A DNA stretch of 64,000 nt from the human T2T-CHM13v2.0 reference genome, Homo sapiens, in NCBI RefSeq assembly GCF_009914755.1, contig NC_060930.1; one strand, written 5' to 3'. A program made the translations under genes and the position numbers. Every line of letters begins with the position of its first letter. The first letter of the stretch is position 1. This document shows, piece by piece, positions 1-12,167 of the stretch. A model generated the notes under the pieces. The model ran no database searches. It worked only from the letters and a program-made list of their open reading frames with translations, and was not told the DNA's origin.

Positions 1-285
1 GGAAGCTTTGTTCTTTCACTCTTCGCACTAAATCTTGATGCTGCTCACTCTTTGGGTCCGTGTCACCTTTATGAGCTGTAGCACTCACTGCAAAGGTCTG
101 CAGCTTCACTCCTGAAATGAGCAAGACCACGAACCCACCAGAAGGAAGAGACTCCAGAGGCATCTGAACATCTGAAGGCACAAACTCTGGACACACCATC
201 TTTAAGAACTGTAACACTCACTGCGAGTGTCCGTGGCTTCATTCTTGAAGTCAGTGAGACCAAGAACCCACCAATTCTGGACACA
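1..285 (+). mobile_element. HERV9 5' LTR (LTR12 family), R/U5 part; continues off the left edge of the window
   Basis: LTR12 U5 repeats (CTGTAACACTCACTGCGAAGGTCTGCAGCTTCACTCCTGA type). Ends ...CCAATTCTGGACACA, the same as the 3' LTR end at 7214, and is followed directly by a PBS. Confidence 0.95.
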
Positions 286-288
286 TTT

Positions 289-306
289 TGGAGACCCAGA
301 TGGGAC
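289..306 (+). promoter_or_regulatory. Retroviral primer binding site, tRNA-Arg type
   Basis: TGGAGACCCAGATGGGAC lies 3 nt after the LTR end and has one mismatch to the complement of a tRNA-Arg 3' end (TGGCGACCCAGATGGGAC). ERV9 uses tRNA-Arg. Confidence 0.85.
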
Positions 307-1613
307 TATCGCCTTTCACCAAGTGGTGAGACTATCGTCAAGTGGTGAGACCATCACCTATCACAAAGCGCTGAGACTATCGCCTATCGCCAAGTGGTGA
401 GTACCATTGGACCTCTTTCGCTTGCTATTCTGTCCTATTTTTCCTAGAATTCGGGGGCTAAATACTGGGCACCTGTTGGCCAGTTAAAAGCTACTAGTGC
501 GGCTGCTGGACTAAAGACACGAGTGTCAGGCATTCTGGGAAAGGGCTCTCTAACAACCCCTGACTCTTTGGAGTTGGGAGCGTTGGTTTGCCTGGAACCA
601 GCTTCCGCATTTCCTGTACTTCTGGGCTGAGCCAAGGGTCAGCAGAGAGGAAAGTCATTCAGCTCCGGGGGTCCCGACAAGTTGGTTGACCTTGCAGCCA
701 TGAACAGAACTCTCAAAGTCATGTCACCCAAGCGAGACTCACCCATCTATTCTATCTACCCTGACATTTGCCCGTTGGATCCTAATGCCTGCCATACAAA
801 CTTCCTCTCGCCTCTCTTCTCTGAGGCTAGCCCTGCTTCTAAATATCACTCCCTGTCTCTGGTGCTTTTCTAGATTCTCCTATAAGAATGATTTCTAGTA
901 TAAACTCCAGGACTCTGTTACCTTCTTTAGGCGCCTGGGCTCACCAATCAGAAAGACATAATTTTTGCCCAAAGCCCCAATGTAGTGGGTACTATCTGGA
1001 ATTTTAGGATCCCTCCTCAGACTAGCAGGCCCAACAAAAGCTATTCCTGAAGCTAGGATATGGGAAGCCTCAGAAATTGTATCCTTCCTATTCATATAAG
1101 TGGGGACAAAAGGCATCATTCTTCCAACTCTGGAGATCCCTTCTCTCCCTCAGGGTATGGCCCTCCACTTCATTTTTGGGGGCGTAACATCTTTATAGGA
1201 CATGGGTAAGGTCCCAATACTAACAGGAGAATGCTTAGGACTCTAACAGGTTTTTGAGAATGCATTGGTAAGGGCCACTAAATCCGATTTTTCTTGGTCC
1301 TCTTTGTGGTCTAGGAGGACAGGCAAGGGTGCAGATTTTCGAGAATGCATTGGTAAGGACCACTAAATCTGACATTCCTTGGTCCTCCTTGTGGTCTGGG
1401 AGGAAAACTAGTGTTTCTGCTGCTGCATTGGTGAGTGCAACTGTTCCGATCAGCTGGGCCCAGGGACTATTGCGGGTTCTTGGGCAGGGGTTGTTTCTGC
1501 TGCTTCATTGGTGAGTGCAACTATTCCAATCAGCAGGGTCCAGGGACTGTTGTGGGTTCTTCAGCAGGGGGAGAAACAAAACAAACCAAACCATGGGCAG
1601 TTTTGTCTAACAG

Positions 1614-2983
1614 ATGGGAAATACTCAGGCATCAACAAGCTCACCCTTGAAATGCATCCTAAGCCATTGGGACCAATTTGACCCACAAACCCTGAAAAAG
1701 AGATGGCTCATTTTTTTCTGCACTATGGCTTGGCCCCAATATTCTCTCTCTGATGGGGAAAAATGGCCACCTGAGGGAAGTACAAATTACAATAGTATCC
1801 TGCAGCTTGACCTTTTCTGTAAGAGGGAAGGCAAATGGAAACACCTTATGTCCAAGATTTCTTTTCATTGAAAGAGAATACACAACTATGCAAAGCTTGC
1901 AATTTACATCCCACAGGAGGACCTTTCAGCTTACCCCCATATCCTTGCCTCCCTATAGCTCTCCTTCCTATTAATGATAAACCTCTTCTAATCTCCCCTG
2001 CCCAGAAGGAAATAAGCAAACAAATCTCCAAAGGACCACAAAAACCCCCAGGCTATTGGTTTTGTCCCCTTCAAGCTGTAGGGGGAGGGGAATTTGGCCC
2101 AACCTGGGTACATGTTCCCTTCTGCTTCTCTGATTTAAAGCAGATCAAGGCAGACCTGGGGAAGTTTTCAGATGATCCTGATAGGTATATAGACGTCCTA
2201 CAGGGTCTAGGGCAAACCTTCAACTTTGCTTACCTGGTATCTTAGTCAAGTAAATGATAGAATGACAGCTGAAGAATGGGACAAATTCCCTACTGGTCAG
2301 CAAGCCATCCCCAGTATGGATCCCCGCTGGGACCTTGACTCAGATCATGGGGAAGAGAGTCGTAAATATCTGTTGACTTGTGTTCTAGAAGGACTAATGA
2401 GAGTTAGTTAAAAGCACATGAATTATTCAATGATGTCCACCATAACTCAGGGAAAGGAAGAAAATCCTTCTGCCTTCCTTGAGTGGCTATGGGACGCCTT
2501 AAGAAAATATACTCCCCTGTCACCCAAATCACTTGAGGGTCAATTGATTCTAAAAGATAAGTTTATTACCCAATCAGCTGCAGATATCAGGATAAAGCTC
2601 CAAAAGCAAGCCCTGGGCCCTGAATAAAATTTGGAGGCATTATTAAACCTGGCAACCTCGGTGTTCTGTAATAGGGACCAAGAGGAACAGGCCCAAAAGG
2701 AAAAGTGAGATCAGAGAAAGGCCGCAGCCTTAGTCATGGCCCTCAGACAGACAAACCTTGGTGGTTCAGAGTGGACAGAAAATGGAGCAGGCCAATCACC
2801 CGGTAGGACTTGTTATCAGTGTGGTTTACAAGGACACTTTAAAAAAGATTGTCCAACAAGAAACAAGCCACCCCTTGTCCGTGTCCGCTATGCCAAGGCA
2901 ATCACTGGAAGGTGTACTGCCCCAGAGGACAAAGGTTCTCTGGGTCAGAAGCCCCCAACCAGATGATCCAACAACAGGACTGA
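1614..2983 (+). pseudogene. gag: HERV9 gag, disrupted by frameshifts and stops
   Basis: MGNTQAS myristoylation-type start, matrix WPPEGS, capsid MHR (QGKEENPSAFLEWL), zinc knuckle CYQCGLQGHFKKDC (~2811-2852), and the gag-terminal TGA at 2981-2983. Split over several frames. Confidence 0.9.
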
Positions 2984-4938
2984 GGGTGCCCAGGGCAAGC
3001 ACCAGCTCATGTCATCTCCCTCACTGAGCCCTGGGTATGCTTAACCATTGAGGGACAGGAAATTGACTTCCTCCTGGACACTGGTGCGGCCTTCTCAGTG
3101 TTAATCTCCTGTCCTGGATGACTGTCCTAAAGGTCCATTACCATCCAAGGAATCCTGGGACAGACTGTAACCAGGTATTTCTCCCACCTCCTCAGTTGTA
3201 ATTGGGAGACTTTGCTCTTTTCACATGCCTTTCTTGTTATGCCTGAAAGTCCCATACCCTTATTAGAGAGGACTATATTAGTCAAAGCTGGAGCTATTAT
3301 CTACATGAATATGGGGAACAAGTTACCCATTTGTTGTCCCCTATTTGAGGAGGGAATCAACCCTGAAGTCTGGGCATTGGAAGGACAATTTGGAAGGGCA
3401 AAAAATGCCTGCCCAGTCCAAATCAGGCTAAAAGACCCCACCACTTTTCCTTATCAAAGGCAATATCCCTTAAGGCCTGAAGCTCATAAAGGATTACAAG
3501 ATATTGTTAAACATTTAAAAGCTCAAGGCTCAGTAAGGAAATGCAGCAGTCCCTGCAACACCCCAATTCTAGGAGTAGAAAAACTGAACACTCAGTGGAG
3601 ACTAGTGCAAGATCTTAGACTCATCAATGAGGCAGTATCCATTATATATCCTCTATATCAAGTTGTACCCAACCCCTATACCTTGCTCTCTCAAATACCA
3701 GAGGAAGCATAATGGTTCACTGTTCTGGACCTCAAGGGTGCCTTCTTCTGTATTCCCCTGCACTCTGACTCCCAGTTTCTCTTTGGCTTTGAGGATCCCA
3801 CAGACAACACATCCCAACTCACTTGGACAGTCTTGCCCCAAGGGTTTAGGGATAGTCCTCATCTGTTTGATCAGGTACTGGCCCAAGATCTAGGCCACTT
3901 CTCAAGTCCAGGCACTCTGGTCTTTCAGTATGTGGATGACTTATTTTTGGCTACCAGTTCAGAAGACTCGTGCCAGCAGGCTGCTTTAGATCTCTTGAAC
4001 TTTAATCAAGGGTACCAGGTGTCTAGGTCAAAGGCCCAGCTTTGCCTACAGCAGGTCAAATATCTAGGCCTAATATTAGCCAGAGGGACCAGGGCCCTCA
4101 GCAAGGAATGAATACAACCTATACTGGCTTATCCTCGCCCTAAGACATTAACACAGTTGTAGGGGTTCTTTGGAATCACCAGCTTTTGCTGACTATGGAT
4201 ATCTGGATACAGCGAGATAGCCAGGCCCCTCTATACTCTAAGCAAGGAAACCCAGAGGGCAAATACTCATCTAGTAGAATGGGAACCAGAGGCAGAAACA
4301 GTCTTCTAAACCTTAAAGCAGGCCCTATTACAAGCTCCAGCTTTAAGCCTTCCCACAGGCTTAACTTCTCTTTATATGCCACAGAGAGCCAGGATAGCTC
4401 TTGGAGTCCTTATTCAGACTTGTGGGACAACCTCACAACCAGTGGCATACCTAAGTAAGGAAATTGATGTAGTAGCAAAAGGCTGGCCTCACTGTTTATG
4501 GATAGTTGCAGTGGTGCCTGTCTTAGTGTCAGAGGCTATCAAAATAATACACGGAAACGATCTCACTGTCTGGACTACTCATGATGTAAATGGCATACTA
4601 GGTGCCAAAGGAAGTTTATGGCTATCAGACAACCACCTACTTAGATACCAGGGCTACTCCTTGAGGGGCTAGTGCTTCAAATACATACGTGTGTGGCCCT
4701 CAACCCTGCCACTTGTCTCCCAGAGGATGAAGAACCAATTGAGCATGACTGCCAACAAATTATAGTCCAGAATTATGCCACCCGAGATGATCTCTTAGAA
4801 GTCCCCTTAGCTAATCCTGACCTTAACCTACATAGGGATGGAAGTTCATTTGTGGAGAATGGGATGCGAAGGGCAGGTTATGCCATAGTTAGTGATGTAA
4901 CCGTACTTGAAAGTAAGCCTCTTCCACCAGGGACCAGC
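2984..4938 (+). pseudogene. pol: HERV9 pro-pol (protease, RT, N-terminal RNase H); integrase absent
   Basis: FLLDTGA protease site (~3068-3090), WRLVQDLR, LPQGFRDSP, QYVDD (~3926-3940), and RNase H DGSSF (~4837). Multiple stops and frameshifts. Ends abruptly at ...PLPPGTS. Confidence 0.92.
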
Positions 4939-5750
4939 TTCTTATGTGGAATATCAACCTATATCTGCCTCCCCACTAACAAGACAGGCACCTACACCTT
5001 AGTCTTTCTAAGTCCCAACATTAACATTGCCCCAGGAAATCAAATCTTATCAGTACCCCTCAAAGCTCAAGTCTGTCAATGCAGAGCCATACAACTAATA
5101 CCCCTACTTATAGGGTTAGGAATGGCTACTACTACAGGAACTGGAATAGCCAGTATATCTACTTCATTATCCTACTACCACACACTCTCAAAGGATTTTT
5201 CAGACAGTTTGCATGAAATAATGAAATCTATCCTTACTCTACAATCCCAAATAGACTCTTTGGCAGCAGTGACTCTCCAAAACCTCCAAGGCCTAGACCT
5301 CCTCACTGCTGAGAAAGGAGGACTCTGCACCTTCTTAGGGGAAGAGTGTTGTTTTTACACTAACCAGTCAGGGATAGTAAGAGATGCTGCCTGGCATTTA
5401 TAGGAAAAGGCTTCTGAAATCAGGCAACGCCTTTCAAATTCTTATACCAACCTCTGGAGTTTGGCAACATGGCTTCTCCTCTTTCTAGGTTCTGTGTCAG
5501 CCATCTTGCTGTTACTCACCTTTGGTCCCTGTATTTTTAACCTCTTTGTTAAATTTGTTTCCTCTAGAATCGAGGCCATCAAGCTACAGATGGTCTTACA
5601 AATGGAACCCCAAATGAGTTCAACTAACAACTTCTACTGAAGACCCCTGGACCAACCTGCTGGGACTTTCACTGGCCTAGAGAGCTCCCCTCTGGAGGAC
5701 ACTACAACTGCAGGGCCCCTTCATCACCCCATCCAGCAGGAAGTAGCTAG
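4939..5750 (+). pseudogene. env: HERV9 env remnant (SU C-terminus and TM)
   Basis: Fusion peptide AIQLIPLLIGLG, immunosuppressive domain LQNLQGLDLLTAEKGGLC and CX6CC (CTFLGEECC). Premature TAG at 5401 precedes the membrane anchor. Furin site is degraded to CQCR. Confidence 0.9.
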
Positions 5751-5807
5751 AGTGGTCATCAGCCAAATTCCCAACAGTAGTTGGGGTGTCCTGTTTAGAG
5801 GGGGTAT

Positions 5808-7214
5808 TGAGAGGTGACAATGTGCAATGTGCTAGCAGCCCTCACTTGCTCTCAGTGCCTCCTCAGCCTTGGCGTCCACTCTGGCTGTGCTTGAGGAGCC
5901 CTTCAGCCCACCACTGCACTGTGGGAGCCCGTCTCTGTGCTGGCCGAGGCTGGAGCTGGCTCCCTCTACTTGCAGGGAGGTGTGGAGGGAGAAACGTGGG
6001 TGGGAACTGGGACTGCATGTGGTGCTCGAGGGCCAGTGTGAGTTCTGGGTGGGCACAGGCTCAGCGGGCCCCACACTGGGAGTGGCCAGCTGGCACCACC
6101 GGCCCTGGGCAGTGAGGGGCTTAGCACCCAGGCCAGCAGCTGCGGAGGGTGCACTGGGTTCACCAGCATTGCCGGCCTGCCCACACCATGCTCAAATTCT
6201 TGGCAAGCCTCAGCTGCCTCCCTGAGAGGCAGGGCTTGGGACCTGCAGCCTGCCATGCCCAAGCCCTCCTGTACCCCATGGTGGGCTCCCACATGGCCCA
6301 AGCCTCCCCAATCCGCACTGCCCCCTGCTCCTTAGTGCCTGGTCCCATCCACCGCCCAAGGAGTGCTTTCGTGTGGCACAGGACTGGTGGGCATCTTCTG
6401 TGGCTCTGGTGCAGGATCCACTAGGCAAAGCCAGCTGGGCTCCCGAGTCAGATGGGGACTTGGAGAACTTTTATGTATAGCTCAAGGTTTGTAAATGCAA
6501 CAATCAGCACTTTGTGTCTAGCTCAAGGTTTGTAAACACACCAATCAGTGCTCTGTGTCTAGCTAATCTAATGGGGACTTGGAGAACTTCTGTGTCTAGC
6601 TAAAGGATTGTAAATGCACCAATCAGCACTCTGTATCTAGCTCAAGGTTTGTAAATGCACAAATCAGCACGCTGTCAAGACAGACCAATCAGCTCTCTGT
6701 AAAATGGACCAATCAGCAGGATGTGGGTGGGGCCAGATAAGAGAATAAAAGCAGGCTGCCTGAGCCAGCAGGGGCAACCCTCTTGGGTCCCCTTTCATGC
6801 TGTGGAAGCTTTGTTCTTTTGCTCTTCACACTAAATCTTGCTGCTGCTCACTCTTTGGGTCCATGCCATCTTTATGAGCTGTAACACTCACTGCAAAGGT
6901 CTGCAGCTTCGCTCCTGAAGCGAGCGAGACCATGAACCCACTGGGAGGGATGAACAGCTCTGGACAGGAGGAACAAACAACTCCAGATCTGCCACCTTTA
7001 AGAGCTGTAGCACTTACTGTGAAGGTCTGCAGCTTCACTCCTGAGGTCAGCAAGACCACGAACCCACCAGAAGGAAGAAACTCCGGACGTATCTGAACAT
7101 CTGAAGGCACAAACTCCAGATGCACCATCTTTAAGAACTGTAACACTCACTGCGAGGGTCTGTGGCTTCATTCTTGAAGTCAGCAAGACCAAGAACCCAC
7201 CAATTCTGGACACA
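5808..7214 (+). mobile_element. HERV9 3' LTR (LTR12), complete
   Basis: Starts TGAGAGGTGAC after the PPT. GC-rich U3, tandem CCAAT repeats (~6470-6720), AATAAAA TATA-like box (~6744) and U5 repeats. Ends GGACACA. Confidence 0.95.
6470..6760 (+). promoter_or_regulatory. LTR12 U3 enhancer/promoter: ~41-bp tandem units with CCAAT (NF-Y) boxes, a GATA site and a TATA-like element
   Basis: Repeated GGTTTGTAAATGCACCAATCAGCACTCTGTGTCTAGCT-type units, then CCAATCAG twice, AGATAA and GAATAAAAGC. This matches the known ERV9 LTR architecture; activity cannot be seen from sequence. Confidence 0.7.
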
Positions 7215-9648
7215 CTACCAAACCACAATACAAACAATAAAAGAAAAAGAAAGGAACAAAGAATAGGCAAAACAACCAGAAAAAATGAAAAAAATATGAC
7301 AGAAACAAAACTTTACATAGCAATATGTGAAACTGACTATAAATGGATTAAATTCTACACTTAAAAGATATGGACTGGTTGAATGGTTAAAAGTGTATAT
7401 GGTGCCTACAAGAAATGCACTTTATCTATAAAGACATGAATGGAATAATGATATTTCACATAATCAGAAACCAAAAATGAGCAGGAGTAGGTATACCTAT
7501 ATCAAATAAGACAGACTTCAGTCAAAATCAGTAAAATACAACAAAAAAGATGAGGGGGTCTGTCCTGCAGACCCTGACCCAACAACAGATGAATAAAATA
7601 CGCTGACACACAGATATTCTGCTTTGCCAGTTCGGCTGAGTGTCCAGGCCACTTAGTAGCAGCCACGGCCTTGATCAGTCAGTGAGACTTGCATTTATTC
7701 AGTAAAGATTAATGGACAAAGGTAGTGAGTAAACATCACTAGAGGGTAATTGACATTGTGGACCTCCTGAGTAGAAAGCAATTAAGCAACCACAGTAGAT
7801 CAAAAGTTAGTCTTAAGACCACATAAGTAAACAAGCTAGTTAGGTAAACTACTCTACTTTCCTTTGTACCCACTTTAAGCTATTTACTCGAGGTAAGGAT
7901 TAGGTTGCCTTCAGCCATAACCTTATCCTGAGACTTTTGCAAAAACCTTCAGGCCTTCCAAGGTTTGTGGCTTATAATTTTCCCCACCATCCTGACTAAA
8001 CCCCCACAAAACGACAAAGAAGGTCATTATATAATGATAAAGGGATCAATCCAGCAAGAAGATACAATTCTAAGTATATATGCACTTAACACTGGAGCAC
8101 CCAGATTCATGAAGCAATACTACTAGATCTAAAGAGAGAGATAGACTGCAATATAATAGTGGGATACTTCAATGCCCAACTTTCAGGCATAGACAGATCA
8201 TCTAGACAGAAAGTCACCAAAGAAACCTTGGATTTAAGCTAGACTTTAGACCAAATGGGCCTAACAGTCATTTACAGACCATTCTATCAAAAAACTGAAC
8301 AATACATGTTCTTCACATCAGCACATTAAACATTCTCCAGGATAAATCATATGTTAGCCCACAAAACAAATCTCAACAGATTAAAAAAATCAAAATTGTA
8401 TCCAGCATCTTCTCAAACAATAATGGAATAGAACTAAAAATCAATACCAAGAGGAACCTTAGAAACTATATAAATACATAGAAATTAAACAACATTTTCC
8501 TGAATCACTATTTGATCAATAAAGTAATTAATATGGAAATAAAAACAATTCTTGAAACAAATGAGAGCAGAAACACAACTTATGTAGACCTGTGGGACAC
8601 AGCAAAAGCAATTCTAATAGGAAAATTTATAACAAAAAATGCCTACATCAAAAAGTAGAAGGATTTCAAATAAACAATCTAGGGATGCACCTCAAATAAC
8701 TAGAAAAGGCAGAACAAACCAAATCCAAAATTAGCAGAAGGAAAGACAACAAAGACCAGAGTAGAACTAAATGAAATAGAGAATAAAAATTACAAAGGAT
8801 CAAAAAACAAAAAGTTGGTGCTTCAAAAAGGTATACAAAATTGATAAACTGCTAGCTAGATTAAGAAGAGAGAAGAGCCAAATAAACAATATCAGAAATG
8901 AAAAAGGAATATTATAACTTATATCACAGAAATAAAAAGTCATCATCACAGTGTATCATGAACAACTATATGCTAAAAAATTAGAAAACCTAGAATAAAT
9001 GAACAAATTCCTGGAAACATATAACCTGCCAAGATTGAATGAGAAAGAAGGAGAAAACATCCAACCACCAAGATTTAAAGTGAAAACCTCAATAATGAGT
9101 AGTGAGGTGAATCAGTAACAAAATATCTTCCAAGAGAGAAAAGCCCAGGACCAAATGAATTTACTGCTGAATTCTTCTAAACACATAAAGAGGCTAATAC
9201 CAATCCTACTCAAACTATTCCCAAAGATTGAAGAGGAGGAGATTCTCTCTAGCTCATTCTATGAGGCTAGCACAATCCTGGTATGACCAGACAAGTACAC
9301 AGAAAAATAAAATCCTTCATGAACATAAACACAATACCCTCAACAAAATACTAGCAAATTGAATTCAACAGCATATCAAAAAGATAATACCCCATGATCA
9401 AGTGAGATTTATGCCAGGGATGTCAGGATAGTTTAACATACCCAAATCAATAAATGTGACACATTATATCAACAGACGTAAGGAGAAAAATCATATGATC
9501 ATCACAATGACACAGAAAAAGCACTTGATAAAATTCAATATCACTTTGTGATAAGAATGCTCAACAAACTGGGCATAGAAGGAACATAATTCAAAATAAT
9601 AAAAGTCATATAAGACAAACACACAGCTAACATCATACTGAATGGAGA
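7215..9648 (+). mobile_element. Old L1 (L1MA/L1PB-like), inter-ORF region and 5' half of ORF2; host of the HERV9 and the LTR22
   Basis: Degenerate ORF2 start (ATGACAGAAAC ~7296) followed by EN and RT-homologous sequence (GCCCAGGACCAAATGAATTTACTGCTGAATT). Truncated at ~9648. Confidence 0.88.
7551..8008 (-). mobile_element. Solo LTR, LTR22 family (HERV-K HML-5)
   Basis: 458 bp with TG...CA ends. Minus strand begins TGTGGGGGTTTAGTCAGGATGGTGGG. 6-bp TSD AAAAGA/AAACGA. Interrupts otherwise contiguous L1 ORF2. Confidence 0.8.
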
Positions 9649-9649
9649 G

Positions 9650-9858
9650 TGAAGAGAGACAATTGAAAGTATGCAACTATGAGCCATGAAACCTCAAAGA
9701 TTGTCACTAAACCATCAGAAGTAGGGAAGGGGCAAGGAAGTTTTCCCTTACAGGTTTTAGAGGAAGCATAGCTCTAGTGACACCTTGATTTCGGACTTCT
9801 AGTTTTCAGAATAGTAAGACAACACATTTCTGTTTATTATATTAGGAAATTAATATAC
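9650..9858 (+). mobile_element. MLT1 (MaLR) LTR, 3' fragment
   Basis: GACACCTTGATTTCGGACTTCTAG...CATTTCTGTT...GGAAATTAATA MLT1 signature. Confidence 0.7.
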
Positions 9859-10276
9859 CTGCTAGTACTTTCACTGAATTAAAAAACCTGACCCACTCGC
9901 ACCTGGCTGTAGGTAGTCTGAAGGTATTATGTGCAGGATGTCAGTCATGCCACAGAGCTTGGCTAGCTGCTAACTGCAAAATGAATGGTGGCAGAGATAT
10001 CTTTGGGAAATGTTGCCCGCCCACTGTCACCGTTGCCCTGCCCTTTCCCAGCCAATCCTTCTAGTTTCAGGTGAGTGTGACTTTGATTAATACTTTATCA
10101 AGGGATCTGCTTAATACCCTTTAGCTTGATTAGCATTGACTTTGGGTCACAAAATGCTAGGTCTTTTTTCATTTATTTACACATTCTATAGAAACCTCTA
10201 CCCCCTTAAATTTTTTAGTAACTCTGCTTTCTTGAGGAAGTTTTCTTTCTTGAGAGATTTTTGAGCAGTAATTCTT

Positions 10277-11222
10277 TTTTTTTTTAATTTTAATTTTAAT
10301 TTTAATTTTTTATTTTTTATTGATCATTCTTGGGTGTTTCTCGCAGAGGGGGATTTGGCAGGGTCATAGGACAATAGTGGAGGGAAGGTCAGCAGATAAA
10401 CAAGTGAACAAAGGTCTCTGGTTTTCCTAGGCAGAGGACCCTGCCGCCTTCCACAGTGTTTGTGTCCCTGGGTACTTGAGATTAGGGAGTGGTGATGACT
10501 CTTAAGGAGCATGCTGCCTTCAAGCATCTGTTTAACAAAGCACATCTTGCACCGCCCTTAATCCATTTAACCCTGAGTGGACACAGCACATGTTTCAGAG
10601 AGCACAGGGTTGGGGGTAAGGTCACAGATCAACAGGATAAGAATTTTTTTAGTACAGAACAAAATGAAAAGTCTCCCATGTCTACCTCTTTCTACACAGA
10701 CATGGCAACCATTCGATTTCTCAATATTTTCCCCACCTTTCCCCCTTTCTATTCCACAAAACCGCCATTGTCATCATGGCCTGTTCTCAATGAGCTGTTG
10801 GGTACACCTCCCAGATGGGGTGGTGGCCGGGCAGAGGGGCTCCTCACTTCCCAGTAGGGGCGGCCGGGCAGAGGCGCCCCTCACCTCCCGGACGGGGCAG
10901 CTGGCTGGGCGGGGGGCTGACCCCCCACCTCCCTCCCGGATGGGGTGGCTGCCGGGCGGAGACGCTCCTCACTTCGCAGACGGGGTGGCTGCTGGGCAGA
11001 GGGGCTCCTCACTTCTCAGACGGGGCGACTGCCGGGCGGAGGGTCTCCTCACTTCTCAGATGGGGCAGCCGGGCAGAGATGCTCCTCACCTCCCAGACAG
11101 GGTCGCGGCCGGGTAGAGGCGCTCCTCACATCCCAGACGGGGCACTCCCCACATCTCAGACGATGGGCGGCCTGGCAGAGACGCTCCTCACTTCCTAGAT
11201 GGGATGGCGGCCGGGAAGAGGC
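10277..11222 (-). mobile_element. 5'-truncated SVA (SVA_D-like): poly(A), SINE-R, partial VNTR
   Basis: T-rich tail 10277-10320, SINE-R and GC-rich VNTR. Perfect 15-bp TSD TGAGCAGTAATTCTT (10262-10276 / 11223-11237). No Alu-like or hexamer domain. Confidence 0.95.
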
Positions 11223-11420
11223 TGAGCAGTAATTCTTGAGAGTAATTTTCAAACATCAACATTTTTGCTAATACAAAACATTGAGCAATGTTTCTCAAAG
11301 TGTGTTTTATGGACTCTCAAAAGATACTATTTCATAAGAGTTTTCTGAGGCCAGATACATTTAGAAAACAGTGAATTAAACAAAACTAAGCATGTTTCTT
11401 CCTCCATTCCTTCCTTATAA

Positions 11421-11766
<346 letters not shown>

Positions 11767-11832
11767 TGTATTGGGAATTTCTTCCTTCTCCTCCTCCACC
11801 TCCTCCTCCTCTTCTTCTTCTTTTTGTTTTTT

Positions 11833-12167
11833 ACAGTTTCAAGTCTTATGTTTAAGTCCTTAATGCGTTTTGAGTTGATTTTCATTTATGATGTGAGATG
11901 ACAGTCTAATTTCTTTTTTCTGCATATGGATATCCAGTTTTCCCAAGACCAAGAAGAGATTGTCCTTTCCCCATTGCAAGAAGCCATTGTCTTTGGCCTT
12001 TTTATTGAAAAATCAATTGATTTTAAAACTGTGGATTTATTTCTGGACACTCTATTCTGTTACATTGATCTATTTGTATCTTTTTATGGCAGTACCATGC
12101 TGTCTTGATTACTATAGCTTTGTTGTATAATTTGAAGGCAGGTAATATTATGCCTTCAGCTTTGTTC
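11833..12167 (-). mobile_element. Old L1M ORF2 fragment, probably a transduced passenger of the adjacent L1PA
   Basis: Diverged ORF2 homology (CTGCATATGGATATCCAGTTTTCCC...GCCTTCAGCTTTGTTC). Lies between two pyrimidine tails inside one TSD pair. Confidence 0.8.

Larger units (their letters stand above)
286..5807 (+). mobile_element. HERV9 internal region (leader, gag, pro, partial pol, partial env), defective
   Basis: Gag, protease, RT, RNase H and Env TM motifs occur in order between two LTR12 copies. A polypurine tract AGAGGGGG at ~5797-5804 precedes the 3' LTR. Confidence 0.95.

Noticed and set aside
305-410. Short spaced repeats (AAGTGGTGAGACTATCG) after the PBS, and repeats at ~1257-1560
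   Set aside because: These are ordinary HERV9 leader repeats. They are not CRISPR-like: no unique spacers, and the context is eukaryotic.
10489-11252. Several overlapping GC-rich ORFs (also 5786-6428 and 21758-22080)
   Set aside because: These are artefacts of the stop-poor SVA VNTR and LTR12 U3 sequence.
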